Shown here: positions 38,093-49,748 of the stretch, piece by piece
How positions within the stretch are numbered: position 1 is the first letter of the stretch
How the letters are laid out: every line of letters begins with the position of its first letter
NCBI GenBank assembly: GCA_024679065.1
Contig: JAGIQG010000009.1
Span: 91,698,001 to 91,762,000, forward strand
From: Sphyrna mokarran
Taxonomy: Eukaryota
DNA length: 64,000 bases
Direction of reading: 5' to 3'
Made by a program: the position numbers and the translations under genes
The notes under the pieces: generated by a model
What the model saw: only the letters and a program-made list of their open reading frames with translations
What the model was told of the DNA's origin: nothing
Databases searched by the model: none

Positions 38093-39734
38093 GCATGGGA
38101 TGGGATAGGTAATTGCAGTGATGGGGGAGTGTTCTCATGTGCACATCTGTAATTCATGGAGGCAATTTGAAAATTTTGCTTGTTTCCCTCAATTGCTACA
38201 TCTTCGTGGACTGTTTGGAATCCTCTAGAAACTTTTCCTCCAGCCAAATCATTGCCTGACAACAGGACAACACCTTCATTGGTTAAGTTCAGAATGATCC
38301 CAAACATCACTGCCTTGGTGACCAGCTTATTGTGCAATTAAACTTTATACAAAGAGAACGTTTAAGCATTTGGCAGTAGATCCTTTTACTAATACTATGG
38401 TGTATTTGTTCTATGTTCAAGTGGTACCTCTGTGACCTTTGCTACAAGTTGTGTTTGAAGCCAACTGGTATTCTTGAGGATGCTTATCCCTTTTCCTGAT
38501 GCCAGGGATAAAAACACTGTCACTTTCATCTTTTGCAAAGAATTGTTATGGTCCTCCCTATCACAGGCCTATCACTCTCATGGCTACACTCAGTTCTGAC
38601 TGCATCACCTGCTTTTTATGCTTTAGAAAGTCACCAATCTGCTCTTAAATTCGCAGATTTTCCACACCAAAAACACACTGAGCAAGTCCCTGCCCTTTTG
38701 CCATCTTGGTTCCTTCTTTTAAAAGTTGGACACTGCTCTACGTTCCTTCCTTATTCTCCTACAGTCATAGAGACATACAGCACAGAAATGGCCCTTTGGC
38801 CCGTTGAGTCTGCACTTACAATAATTCCCATTTTCCTACTTGTCCCATATATCTCCCTTTCCTCTCAAACACATTTCTACTTCATCTACATCCACGATGC
38901 CTCTGTCTAGTGTAAAAAAAAATGACCAGAACCAAGCAAAATTTTGAGTTAAAGGTTTAGTTGTTGATTCATTGTCATATTATGATGGCTGCTTCTTCAG
39001 TTTCTGAAACTCTTTTCTTCTATGTGAATTTTAAGGCTGTATAGAAGGGAATTTTTCCAGTAGAATTCTCTCTCTGAATTCTTCACGAGTCAATTTTGAA
39101 CACTCGCACCCAGCAACTGAATAGAAGTTGTTTAATTCTTTCAAATTTGAAAAAAGGTTTGAATGGTACTCTTTGCTGAATAAAGTGAAGGTCAGGTTTG
39201 AATACGGAGAGGTTAAATGATAAAGATGTCATGGAAGAAATGGCAAAAATGGCTGGTAGTAATGAAACAAAGCATTGGCCCAGAGTAGGTTAAACAAGAG
39301 AATGTAGGCATGATCTGCAAATAGAAACATGAAAACAAGATACAGACCAACAGTTGGGAGAAAACAAGACTTCAAACTCAAGGCGAGAGTTCACAGTCCT
39401 AAGTTGTTAAAGTGTGTAAAGTAACTGAAAGATGAGATGTTGTTCCTTCAGTTTGCGTTGGATTTTACTGGAACATTGCAGCAGGTCAAGGACAGAAATG
39501 TGAGCATGAAAGTGAGATGATGAATTAAAACAGCAAATAACAGGAAGATGAGAGTCATGCTGGAAGACCGAGCAGAGGTCACCCAGACTGTATTTGATCT
39601 CTCCACTGTAGAGGAGAGCATATGGTGAGCAGCAAATACAGTCGGCTAAATTGAAAGGAATGCAATAAATCACTACTTCACCTGGAAGGAGAGTTTGAAG
39701 CCTTTGATGATGAGGAGAGAGAGAAACAGTTGTT

Positions 39735-40597
39735 ATAGGAACACAGGAGTAGGCTATTTAACCCATCAAGCCTGCTCCACCATTCAATGTGATCAGAGCA
39801 GATCAGACCCTTCAATGGCGTCAACACCCACATAATCTTTCATGTTATTGCAAATCAAAAATCTATCAATTTCTACTTTAAGCACATTCAATAACTGAGC
39901 TTCCACAGCTTCCTGGGATAAAGAATTCCAAAGATTCTCAACCTCGAGTGTAAAGAAATTCTCCTCATCTCAGCCCTAAGGGGCTTATTTTGAAATTGTC
40001 CTCCCTGGTTCTAGGCTCCCCAACCGAAGGGAAACATCTTACCTGCATCGATCCTGTCTATTCCTTTTAGTACTTTGCTGGTTTTAATGAGACCACCTCT
40101 CATTTTTTTGAAAGTTACAGAGAATACAGACCCACTTTATCCAATCTTTCTTCATAAGACACTCCTATATCCCAGGAGTAAGTCTGGCGAATCTTTGCCT
40201 TTGCATTCCCTCTACCACAATAAATTCCTTTCTGAGGTGAGGGTACCAAAACTGCACACAGTACACCAGATGTGGTCCAACCACATGTTTGTGCAACTGA
40301 AGCAAGATCTCACTACTCCAGCATGCAAATCCTCCTGTGATAAAGGCTAGCATTCCATTAGCCTTCCTAATAGTTTGCTACACCTTCATGTTCGCCTTCA
40401 GTGATTTCCGGATGGGACATCCACCTCACATTTTCCGCATTATATTCCATTTGCCATGTTCTTGCCCACTCACTAAGTGTGCCCAAATCCTCCTATAACT
40501 GCTTTACATCTTCCTCACAACACACACTCCCATCTAACTTTCTATCATCCGAAAACTTGGAAATGTTACTTTTCATCCCCACATCCAAATCATTGAC
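39735..40597 (-). mobile_element. Decayed CR1 3' region
   Basis: PHLVYCVQFWYP, ISKFSDDRKL. Confidence 0.8.
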
Positions 40598-41543
40598 ATA
40601 TCGGCCGGAATTCTCTGGCCATTCACGTTGGTGGAATTCTCCAGTCCCACCGGCAGCACACTGCCCACCATTGCCAACCCACCCATCCCACCTCTCCCCC
40701 AACCTCCCCGCGTGGGGTGTCATCAATGGGAATTCCCATTGACAGGGTGAATCCAGAGAATCCTGCTATGAGGAAATAGCGCACCACCTTCTACCAGTAG
40801 GAAACACGTGCCTGGAAAATCACTCCCATATTATGAACAGCTGGGACCGACCCCAGGATCAGCTGTGATGCCCAATTAGATCATGATGATCCAAACATCA
40901 TCTTTTCATTGAGAACTGTCAGTGAGATATTGTGAGTGGATTGAAATGAAGAGAAACAGTAATATTTGGGAGGATGAAATTTGAGACCATAGGGGTGGGG
41001 GGGATGGGGAATGTAGTCACTGTATGAACAGTTTGACTGTCAAACAGGAGGACGGACAATCCAGAGCAGGATCTCCATTGTCCTTCACAGAGCTTTTTAA
41101 TCTCCCCTTTGTACGTACTCACTAAGATGTCGGTAGTCTGAGATAACCTGACCATGAGAGCATCACAGCTGATCCTGGGGTGGGTGAAACACGGATTATC
41201 CTTCTCCTTGCCGGAGCTTTTCAAACTCTTTAGCCTAAGAGTAACGAAGCTGTTTTGCTTCTCCCAATCGATGTGAAAATTAAAATTGTCCATTTGAAAC
41301 ATTTTCCATTTGTTCCAAGTTTCTCTGCTCTGGGTGTTTGTACATCCTGCTGTCAGGAGAGCTGAACACCAATCCCATCAGAGTCTTCCACACTGAGCTG
41401 ACTTCAATGGTGTCAAATATCAGGCTGGCTGGAGAACAGCGTCTGAGCAAACATCACCCATTTCAAACTCTCACCAAAAGATTCAAATTCACCCCAGAGA
41501 GAGAGAGAGAGAGTGAGAATGGAAGAGTGAATTCTGTACTTAC

Positions 41544-41595
41544 TGGGAGACACCCTGGAAAAATACAGAGAGATGGAGAAAAGGATTAACAACAT
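41544..41595 (-). CDS. Gene B leader exon
   Basis: MLLILFSISLYFSRVSP, 52 nt, A|gtaagt; flanks paralogous to gene A 12800-13960. Confidence 0.88.
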
Positions 41596-41739
41596 CCTGG
41601 GAATCCACTGTCCTAATTCCAAACAGTGACTGGGAATTAAACACTCCGAGGAGGAATCTAACACTGTTCATTGTGATGGGAAAACACACGATAAACAAGC
41701 AGTCCAAGGAGATTCAGAAGGACATAAACAGTTCAGACC

Positions 41740-41905
41740 AGTCATCTTATTTCCCTCTTTGACTGGTTTTTATTTCCTGTTTGATATTTCCGGAACTTAA
41801 ACTTCCGGGACAAGATCTGATTGCTTTGTCTTAGAAAAATAGCCAATGGCAGGATAAAGACTGAAGTGTCAGCAGTTCCCGGGCAGATTAAACTCAGATA
41901 GGTTT
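41740..41905 (-). promoter_or_regulatory. Gene B SXY-like promoter module
   Basis: aacctatctg (S-like), cccgggaac-tgctgaca (X1/X2-like), ATTGG at 41843-41847, two CCGGAA sites downstream. Confidence 0.65.
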
Positions 41906-42084
41906 TTATTCCGAAGAGCTGATGGGATCTTGTCAACAGCATGTCAGGTTCCCAACCCTCCAGGATTGGCCTGGACTCTCCAGGAATTAAAGATCAATCT
42001 CCAGGACTCTGCCGTGAACAAACCGGGAGAAAAATCATCAGGACACGAAACATAGATTGTGTCATGTGTCATTCTCTTTCATCA

Positions 42085-42280
42085 TGTGGAGATGCCAGTG
42101 TTGGACTGGGGTAAATACAATAAGAAGTCTCACAACACCAGGTTAAAGCCCAACAGGTTTATTTGATGGTAAATGCCACTAGCTTTCGTACTGCTGCTCC
42201 TTCACCTGATGAAAGGGCAGAGCCCTGAAAGCTAGTGATGTTTGCTACCAAATAAACCTGTTGGACTTTAACTTGGTGTC
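42085..42280. mobile_element. Penelope terminal repeat in inverted (palindromic) configuration
   Basis: acaccaggttaaagcccaacaggtttatttg...cactagctttc is mirrored by gaaagctagtg...caaataaacctgttggactttaacttggtgt. Confidence 0.8.
42203..42237 (+). ncRNA. Minimal hammerhead ribozyme motif (Penelope-type)
   Basis: CAC-CTGATGA-a-AGGGC-aga-GCCCT-GAAA-GCTA-GTG: intact core, 5-bp stem II, CAC/GTG stem I. Confidence 0.7.
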
Positions 42281-42595
42281 ATTTTCTTTCACATATACAG
42301 ATACAAAACTATTGAAAAATGGGGGTAAAGGTTGATTGTCTGACAGTCAAAGAAGAAAAAAGCACAGTACTGCTCAGGAACAGGCACTTTGGCTCTACAA
42401 GTCTGTGCCAATCGTGATGTTTGCTTAAACTAAAACCATGTGCACTTACAGAGTTCGCATCCTTCCATTCCCATCCTATTCAAGTATTCATCCAGATGCT
42501 CGGCAAATGCCACTATCATACCTGTTCCCACCACCTCCCCGGGCAGCGTATTCAAAACATTCACCACCCTCTGTTAAAAACCTGCCTCGCACATT

Positions 42596-42918
42596 TCATA
42601 GAATCATAGAATCCCTACACTACAGAAGGAGGACATTGGCCCATTGAGTCTGTACCAGCCACAGTGCCACCCTGACCCTATTCCCGTAATTCCATTTACC
42701 CTCCTAATCCTCCTGACGCTAAGGGGCAATTTAGCTTAGCCAATCAACCTAACTTACACATCTTTAGAGTATAGGAGGAAATCGGAGCACCAACAGGAAA
42801 CCCATGCAGATGCTGACAGAATGTACAAATTCCACATAGACAGTGACCTTAGGCTGGAATCAAATCCGCATCCCTGGTGCAGAGAAGCAGCAGTGCTAAC
42901 CGCTGTGCCACCATGCCC
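42596..42918 (-). mobile_element. HE1/V-SINE-type SINE
   Basis: gggcatggtggcacagcggttagcactgctgc head; tatgattctatg tail. Confidence 0.8.
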
Positions 42919-43029
42919 CCCCCCCATTCATCATCATCCCCCATTCCCCAAACCTTCCCACTTCCCATCACTCCACTCCCATTTCCCCACCACCCTTTAA
43001 CCTGGGTTCCCTTATTGGAACCTCTTAGC

Positions 43030-43930
43030 AGTGTCTTGTAGTCAACATCGCTGTGAAGCAGACTGAGATCTTGCAGCAGTCGGAGTCACTCTGAAGAATC
43101 TGTCAGACTGGGACTTTTACGGATAACATGTTTAGGGAGGTAGTCACACCCCAGGCTCAGTCTGCATAGGCAGAAAGGAAATGGGTAACTGCCACAGCAT
43201 AGAGGCAGGCAGATAGTACAGAAGTCCCCTGGAACCATGCTCCTCTCAAACAGATGTATTGTGTTGGATAGTGTTGAGGATAATGACTGCTCAAGGGATG
43301 CAGTGAAAGCTAAGCCCATGACATCACAGGTAGCTCAACTGCACTTTGATCACTATTCCCTGATCCTTATCCTTGAGGTCATTTATTAAACCCACCTCAT
43401 TACACATAACCAGATGCAAAATAGCCTGATCGCTAGCTGGTTCCATAACTTACTGCTCCAAAAAAAACCCATCTCAATGATTTAATTCTTTTGGCTTCCA
43501 TTTCCAATTTGTTTAGCCAATCTATATGAAAATGAATGTCTCCCTATATTTCTCCTTTTACATGTATTGTTATTTATAATGAACTTCTTTTCAACAGTGT
43601 GGCTACTTTTCAGCGGCCTATCTGTTACCTCCATGGTGTAAGGGTCCAGGATTCTCCTAGCCCTCTCTTTTTTCTAATGATATTTGTCCCTTCCACCCAA
43701 ATCGACACCACATCTTCTAGGCTGAGATCATTACCCATAACTCTACTTATTTCGTCTCTAATGAGCAGAACTACTCCACCACCTTTCCTTTCCTGCTTAT
43801 CCTTCCTAACAGTCAAATGACTCTGAATATTGATTTCCCAATTCTGATCTCCTTGTAACCATGCCTCAGTGATAACAATCAGATCAAACCCATTTAACTC
43901 TATTTATGCTGTCAGTTCATTTATCTTGTT
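43030..43930 (-). mobile_element. Decayed CR1 5' region (ORF1/endonuclease)
   Basis: RKDKQERKGGGVVLLIRD APE-like motif. Confidence 0.7.
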
Positions 43931-44186
43931 TTTTGTGTTATGTGCATATGGAGCCAGCTAGGGATCAGGCAATTTTGCATCTGGTAATGTGTAATGAGGT
44001 GGGTTTAATAAATGACCTCAAAGATAAGGATCAAGAAATAGTGATCAAAGTATGATAGAATTTAGCGATCCTCTTGAGTGTGAGAAAATTGGGACTGATG
44101 TATCAGTGTTAAACCTAAAGAAGAGGAAGGGGTGAGGATGAATTGGTCAAAGTGACCAATTGAAGTAACCAAAGTGACCAAAGTGA

Positions 44187-45350
44187 AGTATGGACTTCAG
44201 CAAGGCATTTGACAAGGTCCCACATGCAAGACTTCTTGAGAAGGTGAGAGGGCATGGGATCCAAGGGGCTTTGGCCTTGTGGATCGAGAACTGGCTTGCC
44301 TGCAGAAGGCAGAGGGTGGTTGTGGATGGCTCTTTTTCTGCATGCAGGTCGGTCACCAGTGGAGTGCCCCAGGGATCTGTTCTAGGACCCTTGCTGTTTG
44401 TCATTTTCATAAATGACCTGGATGAGGAAGTGGAGGGATGGGTGAGTAAGTTTGCCGATGACACGAAGGTCGGTGGTGTTGTGGATGGTCTGGAGGGATG
44501 TCAAAAGTTGCAACAGGACATCGACAGGATGCAAGACTGGGCGGATGTGGCAGATGGACTTCAACGCGGATAAATGTGTTGTGGTCCATTTTGGCAGATC
44601 CAACGGGATGAATGAGTACACTATCAAAGGTAGGAGTCTTAGCTGTGTGGAAGAGCAGAGGGATCTTGGGGTCCGGGTCCATACGACTCTCAAATCGGCC
44701 TCCCAGGTGGAGGATGTGGTTAAGAAAGCTTACGGTGTACTGGCCTTCATTCATCGAGGGATTGAGTTCAGGAGTCAGGAGGTAATGCTGCAGCTTTATA
44801 GGACCCTTGTCAGACCACACTTGGAGTACTGTGCGCAGTTCTGGTCGCCTCACTATAGGAAGGACGTGGAAGCTATTGAAAGGGTGCAGAGGAGATTTAC
44901 AAGGATGTTGCCTGGATTGGGAGGCATGCCTTATGAAGACAGGTTGAGGGAGCTGGGACTGTTCTCCCTGGAGAGACGAAGGTTGAGAGGCGACCTGATA
45001 GAGGTTTACAAGATGTTGAGAGGAATAGATAGGGTGGACTCTCAGAGACTATTTCCCAGGGCTGAAATGGTCACGACGAGAGGGCGCAGATTTAAGGTGC
45101 AGGGAAGCAAGTACAGAGGGGATGCTAGGGGAAAGTTTTTCACTCAGAGGGTGGTGAGTGAATGGAATCGGCTGCCGTCGGTGGTGGTCGAGGCGAACTC
45201 GCTGGGGTCTTTTAAAAGACTTCTGGATGAGTATATGGATCCAATGGGATTGGGGATTATAGATAGGTCTATGGCTGGGTAGGTTTTGATGTGTTCGGCA
45301 CAACTTGTGGGCCGAAGGGCCTGTTTGTGCTGTAGTGTTCTATGTTCTAT
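44187..45350 (+). mobile_element. 5'-truncated CR1 LINE (second subfamily)
   Basis: MDFSKAFDKVPH, GVPQGSVLGP, FADDTK; ttctatg tail; aaagtga on both flanks. Confidence 0.95.
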
Positions 45351-45659
45351 AAAGTGACTGGTCGTATAGATCAATGGGTAAGACAATAGATGAGCAGTGG
45401 TTAACATTTAGGGAGATAATTCATGGCTCCCATCAAAAATACATCCCATGAAGGAAATTCTATAGGAAGGAAGGATGTACCATGGATAACCAAGGAAGTT
45501 AAGGAGAGTATTAAAAGCAGAAACACATAAGGTGGCAAAGGTCAAATTCGGAATGCAACACAGTTGGACAAAAAAAATCAGGAGAAAATAAAATATGAGG
45601 GAAAGCTAGGAAGAAACATAAAAAAAAAGACAATTAGAGTTTTTAAAAATACATTACAA

Positions 45660-46015
45660 AATCATGGTTGGAATGCAAGTCTTTACGGGTAATCAAACCT
45701 TAAAGGTATAGACAATCTGAGTGGAGAGAGGGTTAAGCACAGCTTAAAGAGATGTGTATTGTCTCCAGCCAGGACAGCTAATGAGATTTTGTGAGCCCAG
45801 GCAAGTTAGTGTGACATGAACCTAAGATCCTAGTTGAGGCTGTCCTCATGTGTGCAGAACTTGGCTATCAATTTCTGCTCAGCAATTTTGCATTGTCATG
45901 TGTCGTGAAGGCCATCTTGGAAAACACTTATCTGAAGATCAGAGGCTGAATTCCCATGACCGTTGAAGTGTTCCCCAACAAGAAGAGAACAGGCTTGTCT
46001 GGTGTTTGTTCATGC
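45660..46015 (-). mobile_element. Penelope-like fragment
   Basis: Closely similar to 3635-3995. Confidence 0.75.
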
Positions 46016-47328
46016 ATCTGTTGTCGTAGTGTCTGCATCCTCTCCCCAATGCACCTTGCCTCAGGACATCCTTTCCTCCAAGAAGATTGCGCATATCAAC
46101 ACATCATGGCTTAAATGGGTGACACCTTATTCTGAGATTTTGCTCACTGACCTTAGATTCTCCAACAAGGGGAAACAATCTCTCAGCATCTACCCTGTCA
46201 AACCCCCTGAGAATCCTCTATGCCTCAATATGGTCACATCTCATTCTTCTAAACTCCAATGAGTACAGGCCTAACCTACTCAACCTCTCCTCATAAGAAA
46301 ATCCCTGAGCACCTGGGCTGAACCTAGTGAACCTTCTCTGCACTGCTTCCAATGCCAGTATATCTTTTCTTAGGTAAGGGGACTAAAACTGTTCACAGTT
46401 TTCAGTTTCAGGCCAGAAGTGGTCTAATTCGTGACTTGTGCAGTTTTAGCAAGCTTTCCCTATTTTTATATTCCACTCCCTTTGAAATAAAGCCAGCATT
46501 CCCTCTGCCCTGGATTTTCATAGAATCCCTACAGTGCAGTTGGAGGCTATTTGGCCCATTGAATATGCACTAACAGAGCACCTTACTCAGGCCCAGGCTC
46601 AGCCGCTGCACTATGCCCATTCACTTAGCCTGCTAATACCCCTAACCTACACATCTTGAGACACTAAGGAGCAAATTAGCATGGCCAATCCACCTAACCT
46701 GCATATCTTCAATCTGTTTTTTATTCATTCATGGGAGTTGGATATCACTGGCTGGAAGCATTTATTGCCCATCCCTTGTTGTCAGGGTGCAGCTAAAGGT
46801 CAACCACATTGCTTTGGCTCTGGAGTGGGGAGGAATTTTAGCCTCATGCAGAAATTCTCAGATATACATTGAAGTGTAAATACAGAGAAATGGTTTAACA
46901 AATTATAGGTTACTTTGGGAGTTAGACAAGCCCCAAAGAATCTATATCTTGAACCGAACAGCAACCTTGGTGAGTTGTTGCAGTGGATCTTGAGAATTTT
47001 AAATTTGAAATCTCTTTCTGTCCTCACACCTCCTTCCTATTTCTGTAATCTCCTCCAGTTTCACAAACTCTATGAGATCTCTGTGTTCCTCTCTTCTGAC
47101 ATCTCCAGTATCATCAGACTCTTCCACTCTGTGCTAAATTCAATTAGATTAGAATCTCCCCCACACTGGGGACTGTGCCTTCAGTAACCTCGGTCCTTCA
47201 CTCTGTAATCCCCTCCCTACACCTCTCTGCAGCCTCTCTTTAAAACCTGCGAACTTTGAGACAGTTTTTATGCACTGAGCTGAGTGTGTCTCTGGGTCAA
47301 TCTTTGTTTTATAAAGCTGTCCGTGGGG

Positions 47329-47578
47329 AGGTTTCACTTTGTGAAAGGCGCTGGATGAAGATTAGACTTTTATCAGCCTGAACCTGTCTGAGTTTGATCT
47401 TCCGGGTAACTAGTGACAGGTTAGTTATTTATCTCTTTAATTGGTTAATTTTCTGAGACTAACCAATCAGTCATTCCCTGGTTCTGCAATAAGGAAATAA
47501 GGAGAGTCCGATTTCGACGGCAAAATGGAATCTGGATAAAGTTTTCGTTTTTTCGTGTTTTCCCCTAAGTTTATAAAG
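47329..47578 (+). promoter_or_regulatory. Gene D class I promoter: ISRE, S, X1/X2, Y, CCAAT, TATA
   Basis: aggtttcacttt 47329-47340; aacctg 47381; ccgggtaactagtgaca 47402-47418; ATTGG 47440-47444; CCAAT 47463-47467; tataaa 47572-47577. Confidence 0.75.
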
Positions 47579-47643
47579 TTGTTTCCTCCTCAGAGTGTTT
47601 AATTCCTAGTCATTGATTGGAATTGGGACAGTGGATTCCCAGT

Positions 47644-47695
47644 ATGTTGCTGATCCTGTTCTCCATCTCCCTGTGTTTTTCCTGGGTCTCTCCCG
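47644..47695 (+). CDS. Gene D leader exon
   Basis: MLLILFSISLCFSWVSP, G|gtaagt; the only recognisable leader upstream of the alpha1 exon at 49362. Confidence 0.85.
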
Positions 47696-48965
47696 GTAAG
47701 TACAGAATTCACTCTCCCATTCTCACTCTCTCTCTCTCTGGGGTGAATTTGAATCTTTTGGGGAGAGTTTGAAATGGGTGATATTTGCTCAAACGCTGTT
47801 ATACAGCCAGCCTGATATTTGACACCATTGAATTTAGTGTGGAAGAGTTTGATGGGATTTAGTGTCCAGGACATGTAGACACATGAAAGGCTGATTCCTG
47901 GAATGAAGGGATTGTCTTTTGAGGAAAGGTCAGGCTTGTATCCATTAGAGTTTGGAAGAATCAGAGGTGACCTTATTGAAACAGAGAAGATTCTGAGGAG
48001 AATTGACAAGATGGATGCTAAAAAGATGTTTCCCTTTCTGGAGGAGGAGAGCTGGGAGGACACAGACTAAAACTGAGATCAGAGAAGCTGGGAACAAATA
48101 GAAAATGATTCCAATGGACAATGTTAATTTTCATATCAATTGGAGGAAGCAATAGCTGTGACAATGGTGATTTTCTATGATGTTTACCGGGTAGTTTTCA
48201 ATATGTTTTGTAAAGTGACAAGTATAAAGTTGTAGTGGATTTAGTAACAAGGAAATAAACTATAATTAATATAAATCAGGGCAGCAAAGAGAACAAATCC
48301 CAAACAGTGAACATCGCATGGTAGAGTTTGATGTCTAGCACGAGGTGGAGAAAGATTCAAAGTAAGGAATTAAGTTTAAGAAAGGCTGTGACTTCCCCGG
48401 ACTGAAAATGAAGCTGAGCGTGTTAACATACGCCTGGTTCTCAGGAACAGACCTACAGAAAAAAGTGAGAGCTGTTTAAAGGAGAATTTAGTACAGGACA
48501 AGACCAAAATATCCCTATAAAGGGCAACAACTTCACTTCTGCCGACGGCCAAAGTCCAAATGTGATCGTGACAGTGTAAAGATTCAGGACATAGTTCAAC
48601 ACAGATATAGAAAGGTGTGTGGAAACAGGTATTGAGTAAGGGAGTGGCTGGAGGGAGCTGTGAGGCTATTAAAGAACAACAGGTAGAAGAAGATTTATTA
48701 ACCTGGGATGCCCCACAGCCTCTATATAGACAATTAAGTATTGTTTGTAAGTCTAGTCACCGGAGCGATTTAGAAAAGACAGCAGGCAATTTATGTACAG
48801 CAAGATCCCAAAAGACAGTCCTTCACATTGACCAGGTAATCTGTTTTGCTTATGTTGGTTCAGTGATTAGCGCGAACTCACAGAAATGTACATTAACTCT
48901 CTGCTTGTCTTTCAAATAGAATCATATAAACCCTCCTGATAGAGCAGAAAATGCAGCACTTTCAA

Positions 48966-49202
48966 CAGTGTGCCTCGGCACTGACCCTCTGGCAGTGCAG
49001 CACTGCCTCGGCACTGACCCTCTGGCAGTGCAGCACTGCCTCGGCACTGACCCTCTGGCAGTGCAGCACTGCCTCGGCACTGACCCTCTGGCAGTGCAGC
49101 ACTGCCTCGGCACTGACCCTCTGGCAGTGCAGCACTGCCTCGGCACTGACCCTCTGGCAGTGCTGCAGCACTGCCTCGGCACTGACCCTCTGGCAGTGCA
49201 GC
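48966..49202. repeat. 33-bp tandem repeat (cagtgcagcactgcctcggcactgaccctctgg), ~7 copies
   Basis: Direct reading; related 33-mer at 59420-59540. Confidence 0.95.
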
Positions 49203-49361
49203 GGTGGGGAGGGGTGGGGGGGAGGGGGGTAGTGGGGTGGTGTTTGGAGGGCTTGAGAATGGGGTGGACTTGGGAGTGTGACGGTAGGTGGGGGAGAGGG
49301 ATGTGGTACAGTCTGTGTGTGAACATCCTTCTGAATGCGGTGAATATTTTTGCCGAGACAG

Positions 49362-49625
49362 ACAGCCACTCGTTGAGATATTACTACACCTCGATGTTGA
49401 ACAGTGGTGATCTGCCTCAGTTCATTCATGTTGGAGTGCTTGATGGCGTACCAATCACTTACTATGACAGCAACAGCAAGACAGATGTAGCACGGCAACC
49501 ATGGATGAACACATCAGTGGAGGAAAGTATTTGGAATGAAGAGACTCAGAGACTGATGGATCGAGAGAAGCTGTCGATGGCCAATGTTCGCATTGCAACT
49601 AAGAGAACAGGCAGTAATGACACAG
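49362..49625 (+). CDS. Gene D MHC class I alpha1 exon
   Basis: gacag|ACAGCCAC...ACAG|gtaagt, 264 nt; DSHSLRYYYTS..PQFIHVGVLDG..YYDS..RQPWM..WNEETQ. Confidence 0.96.
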
Positions 49626-49748
49626 GTAAGTGTACATTCGTGTTAGAGAGTGAGCCAGGTTCACAGGGAGTGTGTAATCATGAACACGTTTGTGTTAGAG
49701 AGTGAGCCAGATTCACAGAGAGTTTGTAATAGTGAACACACTTGTGTT

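Noticed and set aside
48968-49361. N-terminal extension of gene D suggested by the 245-aa ORF
   Set aside because: Made of 33-bp repeats and G-tracts with no signal peptide; a proper leader and acceptor exist
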